Positions 28,119-36,793 of a stretch of DNA of 64,000 nt are shown here, piece by piece (within the stretch, counting starts at the first letter, position 1; the number at the start of each line of letters is the position of its first letter). This stretch comes from Patescibacteria group bacterium (GTDB taxonomy: Bacteria; Patescibacteriota; Dojkabacteria; J137). The stretch covers positions 267,569 to 331,568 of the forward strand of contig BOLA01000001.1 in assembly GCA_016861265.1 (NCBI GenBank), read 5' to 3'. The notes under the pieces are model-generated. The model saw only the letters and a list, made by a program, of their open reading frames with translations, did no database searches and was not told where the DNA came from. The translations under genes and the position numbers were made by a program.

Positions 28119-29024
28119 ATGTTGTGCAGAAGATTTATTCCTTTTGCAGTTGTGTTTAGCTTCCTTTTTGTCTTTTTTAGATTTGGTTTACAGGCACAAA
28201 GCGTTACTTTCTCAGCTCAGGTAGGTGATACATCGTTGGTTGTAAACGGTTACAGTGCACCTAACTCGGTTGTAGTATTCACCGAAAATAACGCAGTTAT
28301 TGGTACTACCACTACTACGCTAACAGGGAGCTTTTCAAAAACTTTTACCGCGCTATCTTCTGGGCTTTTTATATTGGGCACCTACTCTATTGATGCAAAT
28401 AATAATTTTACATCAGTTATTCAACGTAACTTATACCTAATTGAATTTCAGGAGTTAGAAATAAATGATGTATATCTACCACCAACTATAAATCTAACTC
28501 AAGATCAAGATGAAATTACTATAGATGGTTATACCCTACCAAATACAACGGTAGAAATATTAATTAATACAGTACCTACAACTACTATTAATGTGACATC
28601 CAATCCACTTGGGTTTTATGAATATTCCCTACCAGTTAGCAACATAGGTGCAGGTAATTTTTCTATAAATGCATTTATTCTAGATAATATTAATCTGCAG
28701 ATATCTACAAACCCTATTAATTTTCAAATAATAGATCAAGATAATGAACCTAGCAATCCAATTGTGATAATTCCAGTTGCAAGCGAAACTGTGACTAATA
28801 CCAATCAAACTGTAGTAAGCCAAGGAAGGAGCTTCCCTGTTCTATCATGGCAAGCACTTGGTGAGGTACTAGGTGAGAGAGGTGTTGATTACTTTAATGA
28901 GGAAAAAATTATTCCACCAATTGTGATTTCATCTCTACTTCTTGTATCAATTATAGTTATAATATTGTTTGGTATTTATCGTATATTTAGTACTTTCAGA
29001 AAAAAAGATAATGAAAGAGAGTAA
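28119..29024 (+). CDS. secreted protein with C-terminal TM anchor and basic tail (CscD-like position, tentative)
   Basis: Signal peptide, Ig-like repeats, C-terminal VISSLLLVSIIVIILFGIY then RIFSTFRKKDNERE; no LPXTG. Confidence 0.45.
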   Translation: MLCRRFIPFAVVFSFLFVFFRFGLQAQSVTFSAQVGDTSLVVNGYSAPNSVVVFTENNAVIGTTTTTLTGSFSKTFTALSSGLFILGTYSIDANNNFTSVIQRNLYLIEFQELEINDVYLPPTINLTQDQDEITIDGYTLPNTTVEILINTVPTTTINVTSNPLGFYEYSLPVSNIGAGNFSINAFILDNINLQISTNPINFQIIDQDNEPSNPIVIIPVASETVTNTNQTVVSQGRSFPVLSWQALGEVLGERGVDYFNEEKIIPPIVISSLLLVSIIVIILFGIYRIFSTFRKKDNERE

Positions 29025-30000
29025 AGACTTTTTGCTAAGAAAATCAATAAAAATGCTATTTGTTCATATAGTCACATTGATATTTCTAGTTATACTGCTT
29101 GTATTACAAGTAAACACCGAAGTAGAAAAGAAATATATAAATGTACTTCATGCTGAATTCAGCAAGTTTGATTTAAAAGTAGAAGCTCAAGCTGATATTT
29201 TATATTCTGTCAGATCCTTTTTTATAGTTAACGAAGGAGTGAATAAAGAAGAATGGGATTTCTTTTTACATTCACATAATATCTCCCACAGATACCCGAA
29301 TGTAGGTGATTTGAGTTACATTGAAATGATTAAAAGCAGCAATATTGTAGATAAAAGTGCTTATAAAAACCTAAGTAATAACGAAGACCACTACGTAGTA
29401 AAATACTCAACCTTAGACGAATCAATTATTGGTACAGATGTAGGATCAGATCAAGAAAGGTATTTAACAATTAAAAGAGCAATTGAGCAAAATCAGATTA
29501 TTATTACAGGCCCGGTTACTAGTTTTATTGATGCTCCAAGAAAGCTTATATTGTACTTACCAATTTACGAAAATGACTTTAACGATAATGGAGAAATTCA
29601 ATATAGAACTGAGAACGTTAAAGGTATAGTAGCGCTTTCTATGTACATGGATGATTTTATGGCTGAGATATTTGATGATTACCTACTTGAGAACTTTGAA
29701 ATTAGAGTTAGGAATCGGGATACAAATGAAGAGATCTACGCAAATAGCATAGACTTTACTAGTGCTATGCGACCACTTTCGGAGAAGGTTACTGTTAAGG
29801 TAGGCGGTAACTTTTGGGAAATTAATGTAAGAATCAACTACTTCTTTTTTGTAGATACTAGTACTAAAGTAGTATTTGTTGTAATTATATTTGGTGGAAT
29901 ACTCATTAACCTTTCTATTTATTCCATGTTAAGAAAATTCAGGAATATGCTCCTTATTTGTATGGAAAATGCAAAGGCCAATCCTCTATCTAAAAAGTAA
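29011..30000 (+). CDS. CHASE-domain membrane protein without a recognisable output domain
   Basis: N-terminal TM, periplasmic domain with ITGPVTSFIDAPRKLILYLPIY (CHASE hallmark GP...LP[VI][FY]), C-terminal TM; start at 29011 (alternative 28969 or 29053) overlaps the upstream gene. Confidence 0.45.
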   Translation: MKESKDFLLRKSIKMLFVHIVTLIFLVILLVLQVNTEVEKKYINVLHAEFSKFDLKVEAQADILYSVRSFFIVNEGVNKEEWDFFLHSHNISHRYPNVGDLSYIEMIKSSNIVDKSAYKNLSNNEDHYVVKYSTLDESIIGTDVGSDQERYLTIKRAIEQNQIIITGPVTSFIDAPRKLILYLPIYENDFNDNGEIQYRTENVKGIVALSMYMDDFMAEIFDDYLLENFEIRVRNRDTNEEIYANSIDFTSAMRPLSEKVTVKVGGNFWEINVRINYFFFVDTSTKVVFVVIIFGGILINLSIYSMLRKFRNMLLICMENAKANPLSKK

Positions 30001-30079
30001 CCAGTACAGGTGCTAGATATGTGGCAACCCACTTTGTTACCAGACATAGTCATCAACAGCTTGATTTTAATACAGAAAG

Positions 30080-30088
30080 TGATATAAT
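30080..30088 (+). promoter_or_regulatory. extended -10 TGATATAAT (with TTGATT -35 at 30061) upstream of 30127
   Basis: Read directly from the sequence. Confidence 0.45.
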
Positions 30089-30126
30089 AATTATATACGC
30101 ACATATACAAAAAAGGAAGTGTCGCA

Positions 30127-30600
30127 ATGAAGTTCGAAATGATTCACTACACTGTACAGATCGTCCGTCATGGTGGCGGAACCCAAGAGGTTCTAGCTGA
30201 CGCCGCTCATCTGCCTATCGTCCCGACAAAGGGCGATCTGGTGGAAACGGAAAACGGAGGATTTTTTCGGGTGAAGCACAACATCGGCGGAAATCGCCAG
30301 CTCGTGCTCGATGGCGGCCGATATCAGATCACCGGCTTCTTCTCCAAAGATGGAGCTGGCGTTGTGATTCGCCCCAGCGGTCGTATCGAAGGTGTTAAGG
30401 CGCAACCTACGGGCAAGCTCGTTGGTTTTGATGCCGCCTTGCCTGCGGGGAACCTCGTGAACGTCGACGGCAAGTACCTGATGATCGTCGAACGCATCAT
30501 CTCATCGCAAGGGGTGACCCTTGTGGTCGATGACCTCGAGCGAGACGTCCTCACGGGCGAGCCCGAACTGCAGGGCGTGGTAATGCGTTACACGTTCTAG
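30127..30600 (+). CDS. hypothetical protein (GC-rich island E)
   Basis: 157 aa, about 60% GC, strong SD AAAAAGGAAG. Confidence 0.5.
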   Translation: MKFEMIHYTVQIVRHGGGTQEVLADAAHLPIVPTKGDLVETENGGFFRVKHNIGGNRQLVLDGGRYQITGFFSKDGAGVVIRPSGRIEGVKAQPTGKLVGFDAALPAGNLVNVDGKYLMIVERIISSQGVTLVVDDLERDVLTGEPELQGVVMRYTF

Positions 30601-30614
30601 TCTGTGCGCAAGAG

Positions 30615-30650
30615 GGCGCTGGAAACAAATCCAGCGCTCTTAAGCTTTTT
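30615..30650. terminator. bidirectional terminator between convergent genes
   Basis: GCGCTGGA-aacaaa-TCCAGCGC followed by TTAAGCTTTTTATT. Confidence 0.6.
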
Positions 30651-31506
30651 ATTCTCCTCTGTAAGCTTTTTCTAATTCCTCAACAATAATCTTTTTTTGT
30701 CCCAACATACACTGGTTAACTCTCTGTACCTTTTCTTGATCTGGATCACTGCTTAACTCCATTAGTCTTTTAGGAATTATCTGCCAAGATACTCCAAATT
30801 TATCCTTTAACCAACCACATTGGCTTTCTTCACCACCATCTTTTACTAAGTTATCCCATAGGTAATCAACTTCTTGTTGATCTTTACAATCTACAAACAA
30901 CGAAATACCTTCATTAAACTCAAATTTATGATCCATAGAACTATCCATTACAACGAATTCCTGACCAGCAATTGTAAAAGGACCGTGGTTTAACCTACCT
31001 TTATCAGGGCCTTCAGCATATCTACTTAATTCACCTACTTTTGAGTCTTTAAACAAAGAAGTATATAGTTTTATTGCCTCTTCTGCTCTACCCGCATTCT
31101 CTTTTACAAATAGTAAACATGGAGTAATTTTTTGCTCGGCTTCTCCAACCATAATTTGCCAAGATACGCCAAACTTATCTTCTAACCATCCATATTTTTC
31201 TGAAAAGTCGTATTTGCCGTATTCCATTAAAACACTTGCTCCTTCAGATAATTTACCCCAATATTCATCGGCTTCCTGCTCATTTGCACAAGCTACCATA
31301 AACGAAATTGACGGGTTAATTTTAAATGCTGGACCTGCATCCATTCCTTGAAACTCAAATCCTTCTAGTGCAAAGTCTGCCACCTTAACTTCTGGTGTTA
31401 GGGCTGTAACATGGTGTATTTTTGAATTTTTGAAGATCGACACATAAAAATTGGCTGCCTGTTCTACTTGGTTATCGAACCAAAGAAATGGTGTAATTTT
31501 TTGCAT
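30649..31506 (-). CDS. tandem PhnB-like VOC (glyoxalase-fold, 3-demethylubiquinone-9 methyltransferase-like domain) protein
   Basis: Two copies of ..ITP.LWF......A..FY...F......V....F.L.G..F......SF.V.C..Q.E.D..W..L....CGWLKDKFGVSWQI. Confidence 0.75.
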   Translation of the reverse strand: MQKITPFLWFDNQVEQAANFYVSIFKNSKIHHVTALTPEVKVADFALEGFEFQGMDAGPAFKINPSISFMVACANEQEADEYWGKLSEGASVLMEYGKYDFSEKYGWLEDKFGVSWQIMVGEAEQKITPCLLFVKENAGRAEEAIKLYTSLFKDSKVGELSRYAEGPDKGRLNHGPFTIAGQEFVVMDSSMDHKFEFNEGISLFVDCKDQQEVDYLWDNLVKDGGEESQCGWLKDKFGVSWQIIPKRLMELSSDPDQEKVQRVNQCMLGQKKIIVEELEKAYRGE

Positions 31507-31600
31507 TAATTATATTTTAAAAATAATAGACATTATATATTAAATATCAGATTGAACCTAGTAGGGTAAACACATTATAGGGGCAAGAGGTTTTGTGTAG

Positions 31601-31631
31601 TAAGAATCAAAAAAGGAGCATCTCTGCTCCT
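31601..31631 (-). terminator. rho-independent terminator ending the Nudix / wHTH / NTase / PurA-like operon
   Basis: On the minus strand AAGGAGCA-gaga-TGCTCCTT followed by TTTTTTGATT. Confidence 0.65.
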
Positions 31632-31651
31632 TTAAAATATTTAGATTATAT

Positions 31652-32110
31652 TTATTTACTTGCGTTGTATTTTTTTAATGCAACTTCAAGAATTTGATCG
31701 TGGTCAAAAGCCAGTGGCTTTGGTAATTTATTTAAATCAAACCACTCTGCTTCTGTGGTGTCGTTATCGGCACCATCTTGTGGTTTTAAATCAGATAATT
31801 CATCGGTAACTATTAAATATGCAATAGAAACAACTCTTTTTCTTGGGTCTCTATTAACTTTTCCAAAAGCTTGAATTTGTTCAATGTGCTTTGCAGTTTT
31901 AAAGCCAGTTTCTTCTTCGAGTTCTCTTAATGCTGCATCTTCTAGTTCTTCATGGTCATGTACAAATCCACCGGGAATAGCCCACTGACCTTCGAATGGT
32001 GCATACTTTCTTTTAATTAAAAGCAAATATTTCGCATCCTTTTGTTCAGATATTACAACAATATCTACTGCAACTTTAAGTTCTTGTAAGTCAATAACGA
32101 ATTTTTTCAT
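31652..32110 (-). CDS. NUDIX hydrolase
   Basis: Nudix box GGFVHDHEELEDAALRELEEETG. Confidence 0.85.
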   Translation of the reverse strand: MKKFVIDLQELKVAVDIVVISEQKDAKYLLLIKRKYAPFEGQWAIPGGFVHDHEELEDAALRELEEETGFKTAKHIEQIQAFGKVNRDPRKRVVSIAYLIVTDELSDLKPQDGADNDTTEAEWFDLNKLPKPLAFDHDQILEVALKKYNASK

Positions 32111-32114
32111 ATTA

Positions 32115-33218
32115 TTAATTAAAAGTTAATTTATAACCTTTGTTATATAAAGTTACTATATCTATATTATAACCAGATTGTTTTAGTTTTTTTCTTAATC
32201 TAGACATTCTTTGCTCAATAGCCCATTCAGAATATTTTTCATCAACTTGATCACCCCAAATAATCTTAGCCATCTCTTCCTTAGAAACTTCGGGATTTGC
32301 GTGCATATATTCAATCATTGTTTTTTCACTTTTTGTGAATAAATCAAAATTGATATTAAGTTTATTATCTTGAGTAACAGTTTCTTGTTTAATTTTGTAA
32401 TTAATTAGTTTTTCTTTAATAGCTGGCACTGAAATATCACCATTAACTATAAAGCCTACTTTTTCGTACATTTCTACAATTTCTTGTTCATGTCTGTTCA
32501 ATTTCATTTTATTTATAACTTTTTTGAAGGTACTAATTTCTTCTATAGTCATGTTGTCCAGTAAATACCCTATAAAGTTATCTAGATGTTGGCTTCCTAG
32601 TAAAATGTCTCTATACATTCTTTTAAAAGTACCAAAATGAGTATTTGTTTTTGCAAATATCTCTTCTAGTGTTTTAGTTTCGATTGGCTCAGGTTTTTTT
32701 AGTAATTGTCTGATAATCGAATCTTTATCCCATGTACCTATTTTAAAGTAGATAATTGCATCGAATATACTCGATGACACAGGGAATGCTTTTGTAAATT
32801 TATCTTCAATATTTGGAGTTTCAATTAAGTATATAAACTTAACTCTATTTTTATATTTTTTAATTAATCCATCGATAGATGCTACTAATTTATAGGCGTC
32901 ACCATAAATTTCGATGTCATCAATTAATACTACAATTTCGTACCCTTCTTTTAGGGATTCTAATAAACCAGTACCAAATTTATCCTTTTTTCTAAGTTCA
33001 ATATCTATACAATTTTCAAGTGAGTCGATATCAGTATCCTTTAAAGACTGAGTAGATATGTAAATAAACGCATATTGTGCGTCGTAATTTTGAGGATTTT
33101 GATCTAGGTTGTCTAAAATATCATATAAATTACTAATTCCATCATCTGGAAAGCTTAATATAGTAGGACTAACCCCCATATTTAAGTAATTTACAATCTT
33201 TTTTATATCTTGCTCCAT
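32115..33218 (-). CDS. protein with C-terminal OmpR/CadC-type winged-helix DNA-binding domain and uncharacterised N-terminal domain
   Basis: C-terminus IIWGDQVDEKYSEWAIEQRMSRLRKKLKQSGYNIDIVTLYNKGYKL matches trans_reg_C; no receiver domain or P-loop. Confidence 0.5.
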   Translation of the reverse strand: MEQDIKKIVNYLNMGVSPTILSFPDDGISNLYDILDNLDQNPQNYDAQYAFIYISTQSLKDTDIDSLENCIDIELRKKDKFGTGLLESLKEGYEIVVLIDDIEIYGDAYKLVASIDGLIKKYKNRVKFIYLIETPNIEDKFTKAFPVSSSIFDAIIYFKIGTWDKDSIIRQLLKKPEPIETKTLEEIFAKTNTHFGTFKRMYRDILLGSQHLDNFIGYLLDNMTIEEISTFKKVINKMKLNRHEQEIVEMYEKVGFIVNGDISVPAIKEKLINYKIKQETVTQDNKLNINFDLFTKSEKTMIEYMHANPEVSKEEMAKIIWGDQVDEKYSEWAIEQRMSRLRKKLKQSGYNIDIVTLYNKGYKLTFN

Positions 33219-33273
33219 ACTTATGGATTTTGTATTAAATATATAACAATTATATCACCAAAGGCCACTTAAT

Positions 33274-35187
33274 TCAATTTGTGTTATCCGTTCCTGGTAA
33301 CCCAATATTAACTGCTGGAAGAAATATTTTTTCTAAAAACAGCAGTGTTGCAATACCCCTATAACCTTCATCCCAGAAAGTTCCTGAGTAATCAATTAGA
33401 TTCGAATGCTCAGTCTGGACCTGCTTAGCTCCAGGGTAAAATCGCTTATAACCTTTATGCATTAGTCTACATTGTAATATATCCATTTCTAATTGCCTTA
33501 AAAATTGAGTTCGAATTTGTGGTTCTTCTACTCCAAATCTATTTAAATTAAAGTATTTCGATATTATATTTGAATAAATATCTCTTAACTCCGGGCAACC
33601 ACCTATCCATAAACTATTCATTAATATATGAACTTCTAAAGGTCCAAGAATATTTTCTTCTCTTGGAACATCTCTGAAACCATAAATGCCATTATGTTTA
33701 TATAGCCAGAATTCAAGAATTTTATCAATGCCGTTTATCTCAGGGATAGTTTGCCTTAACAAATCCATTATCTCAGAACGTTTTTCCCATGGAGTTTCTG
33801 GCTTAAAGAAAATTGCCATATCTATATCTGAGTTTGTACCTGCATATCCTTTTAGCCTTGAACCAAAACCAATAACAAATGGATAAACATATTTTGAGAG
33901 CTCATAGCTTTGCTCTATTCTTTTTGCAACAATTGCTAATAATTTAAAGTCCTTATTTATTAATTGTTCACTACTGACTGCTTGGGCTTGGGATAAATCT
34001 GTTAATTGGAGTCCCAAATTTGTAAGATACTCTTTAGGAACTACATTTAATCTGACTAGATAATTTAATCCCGTAATAATTGCATCTCTAACTTCACCTT
34101 GAGCATTTTGAAAACTATTCTCAATGATTACTCTATAGGTTTGAAATAATCCTTTAGCATCTTCTAAATTTAAATATGATATTCTTTCTGCTGCGGTAAA
34201 AATTGATTTAATTGCTACAATTAAAAAAACATTATCAAAACCCTCCATTAGTGCAATCGATTGTAGGTCTAGATTTGTACTTAATAACTGACTAGCAATT
34301 TCATTAACTGCACTATTAATTATTTGCTCTCTTGAAACTTGCTTCTCCCATTTTGCTCTCGCTCTAGAAATCGTTCTAGCGTAATCAGAATTTAAATCAT
34401 ATTTATTTTCTAAGCTTATTAAGTCGAATTCTAAATGCTTAATTATTTCTTCTAAAGTTTTTGGAACTTCTAACTGAGGCAGTTGTGAAGTAATGTTTTC
34501 ACCTAACAGACTTCTAAAAAGCATGCCTATTATTGGTTTACGGCTAGACATTTCAGTTATTAAATCAATATAAACATCGTCTAGTATTCCGCTATAAGAA
34601 GCAGTCAGCATTCCTTCGAGTATTGATTTTATTAATTCTTCTTCTTGCGATATTTCTAATAGTTCAATTAGTAATTCCGGTTTAATTATTGTAAGTTTGA
34701 GAAATATTGGAATTAAATGAGCTATTTTTCTTACTCGCTCAGGAATTCCCAATCCAGGTTCTAGAACATCACCATCTACAAAGTTTGCTCTTATGTCACT
34801 TTCGTGAAGTAATCTTATAAATCCAATTTCGATTAGTTCTTTTAATCTAGTCTGCAAATTAAATAACTCATGTTCGAAAAGAGAATATGGAAAATATAGA
34901 AGTATTCTAGAGTTATTTGTATCGAGTTCTAAAAAATCAGCTAGTTGAGTGTATAATGATAGTAATTCCTCTGATGTTACTTCTTGTTGTAAAGATTTTT
35001 TATGTAGAATACTTCTCAAATTACTTGAAAAACTCTCTCTTTGCAAAGCCTGGTCAACTAAATCTGGATTTATCGTAATATCAGTTGGCAATAAATCATT
35101 AGTTAAATAATTTTGAGTTGTTAAAGGTTCAATTAAATGTACAGAACCTACACCTTCTATATTTTTAATTAGATCTGATTGATTCAT
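33274..35187 (-). CDS. large nucleotidyltransferase (Pol-beta superfamily) with about 430-aa N-terminal helical region
   Basis: GFGSRLKGYAGTNSDIDMAIFF equals the GS-x9-D-x-D NTase signature; stop/start overlaps the upstream PurA-like gene. Confidence 0.6.
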   Translation of the reverse strand: MNQSDLIKNIEGVGSVHLIEPLTTQNYLTNDLLPTDITINPDLVDQALQRESFSSNLRSILHKKSLQQEVTSEELLSLYTQLADFLELDTNNSRILLYFPYSLFEHELFNLQTRLKELIEIGFIRLLHESDIRANFVDGDVLEPGLGIPERVRKIAHLIPIFLKLTIIKPELLIELLEISQEEELIKSILEGMLTASYSGILDDVYIDLITEMSSRKPIIGMLFRSLLGENITSQLPQLEVPKTLEEIIKHLEFDLISLENKYDLNSDYARTISRARAKWEKQVSREQIINSAVNEIASQLLSTNLDLQSIALMEGFDNVFLIVAIKSIFTAAERISYLNLEDAKGLFQTYRVIIENSFQNAQGEVRDAIITGLNYLVRLNVVPKEYLTNLGLQLTDLSQAQAVSSEQLINKDFKLLAIVAKRIEQSYELSKYVYPFVIGFGSRLKGYAGTNSDIDMAIFFKPETPWEKRSEIMDLLRQTIPEINGIDKILEFWLYKHNGIYGFRDVPREENILGPLEVHILMNSLWIGGCPELRDIYSNIISKYFNLNRFGVEEPQIRTQFLRQLEMDILQCRLMHKGYKRFYPGAKQVQTEHSNLIDYSGTFWDEGYRGIATLLFLEKIFLPAVNIGLPGTDNTN

Positions 35188-36734
35188 TAAGCTTCTATTT
35201 CTTTATCTGAATTATCGGTTTTCCAACCGCCTGTTCTTGAAAGTAAAGCTTCATGGCCCTTTCGAATCCTTCTATCAGAAGCTTTTGGGCCGTGAGAAGT
35301 AGCAACAACATTTACTTTTAAGTTCTCCTCTACATATTCTAAAAATACTTGCTCCAAACTTTTATCTTCGGTAGCAACCAAAGTTCTTAATACTGGTTTA
35401 CATTGTTTAAGTAATTCAGTTAACCTAACTTGATGGTTATAGTGTTTTTCATCTTGAGTATTAGCAACAACTTTTATTGCTTTTATTACGCCATCTTCAA
35501 TAACAAAATAATCTTCAAGATCATCTGCAATCCCGTCGAATATATAAGCTTCACAAACCTGCCACTCACTGAATTGATTTAAAACATCTAAATAACTTAT
35601 TATTAATCCGTCGTATGTATTTGCTCCACCGCTAATCGCTAAGGAATACTGCATTGCAACCAAATCGTATTGACCATTCTTAAAATCACCTAGCCAATCA
35701 TTACCTGTATTATTATGAGTTTCGTGTATGGCACTAGACATTTCAGGACTAAAGCTAACAAGAGGTCCTGCACCATGCCTAGTCATGTAGCATCTTGAAA
35801 CTCCTAATCTAATAACCTTTCCTGAGTAATTTTTTGTTTCCAGAGTTTCCAGTAAATCTGAAGACGTTGGATCAATTTGTGTAGTGTGCGGTATAAATCC
35901 ATACCAAGGATGTAATAAAGAACCGTGTGAAGGTTCGGTTACAATTGCTCCTTCTTGATTTAGAATTCCAGTAAATTGTTCGTCATTAGAAATTTGAACA
36001 AGTGCTGCTAAGCATTCAAAAGATTCAACAGTTGCTACTACTAAACTTGTACTATTTAAAATTTTCATTTCTGAATAAACTTCGTCAGGCAATTCTTCAA
36101 TTCCCATATCACTTATAATTTGGATTGCTTGCTGTAGTTTATGCTGTCTAATTGCCTCTACTTTTCGCATTAAATAATCTGTTCCAAGGCTAAATTCAGC
36201 AGCAGTTATTCCTAAATCAGGAGAAGTCCTTGAATCTTTTATAGCATCACCAACTCCTTTACCTACTGTTCCTTTTTTTTGATCTCTTAATCTTTCTTTG
36301 AATCTACTAAATGCTCCATGAAAGGGAGTTACGGTTAAACAGTTTCCGTCAATTGAGATTAAATCCAATGGATTTGCAATACCTTTTGCTTCAAGTTCTA
36401 AAGCTTCCGTAAATAAATCCACAGGGTTAATAACCATGTGAGTTAAATGTGTTTTTGCACCTTCAAAAGTCCCACAACCAAAATGAGAAAACATTTGTTC
36501 GGTTCCATCTTCGTTAATAATGTGATGACCAGCCTGAGAACCACCTGTTCTTAAAACAGTGTGGGCATTTAAAAGTTGAGTTAACCATTGTACCGTTGCA
36601 CCTTTAGTTTCCTCACCAATACCTAGACCATTAATTACTACAATCTCCGAATTATTTTTTACTCCATCCATATTATTAAATTTAAAGTTATTCCTTTTCG
36701 TCCTTTTGGACTCATCAGTTTTGATACACATCAA
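35187..36734 (-). CDS. divergent adenylosuccinate synthetase (PurA/PurZ)-family protein; true start probably 36671
   Basis: PurA motifs present but altered: GEETKGA (for GDEGKGK), GGSQAGHH (GG.NAGH), GTVGKGVGDA (GTT..GIGP.Y); the Met at 36671 gives the canonical short N-terminus. Confidence 0.65.
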   Translation of the reverse strand: MMCIKTDESKRTKRNNFKFNNMDGVKNNSEIVVINGLGIGEETKGATVQWLTQLLNAHTVLRTGGSQAGHHIINEDGTEQMFSHFGCGTFEGAKTHLTHMVINPVDLFTEALELEAKGIANPLDLISIDGNCLTVTPFHGAFSRFKERLRDQKKGTVGKGVGDAIKDSRTSPDLGITAAEFSLGTDYLMRKVEAIRQHKLQQAIQIISDMGIEELPDEVYSEMKILNSTSLVVATVESFECLAALVQISNDEQFTGILNQEGAIVTEPSHGSLLHPWYGFIPHTTQIDPTSSDLLETLETKNYSGKVIRLGVSRCYMTRHGAGPLVSFSPEMSSAIHETHNNTGNDWLGDFKNGQYDLVAMQYSLAISGGANTYDGLIISYLDVLNQFSEWQVCEAYIFDGIADDLEDYFVIEDGVIKAIKVVANTQDEKHYNHQVRLTELLKQCKPVLRTLVATEDKSLEQVFLEYVEENLKVNVVATSHGPKASDRRIRKGHEALLSRTGGWKTDNSDKEIEA

Positions 36735-36744
36735 AATAAGGATC

Positions 36745-36775
36745 GAGCAGGTGAGATTTTCATCATCACCTGCTC
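36745..36775 (-). terminator. rho-independent terminator after the vWA/kinase island
   Basis: 10-bp perfect stem GAGCAGGTGA..TCACCTGCTC, then on the minus strand GATCCTTATTTTGA. Confidence 0.6.
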
Positions 36776-36793
36776 AAACATGTGAATAGCTAC

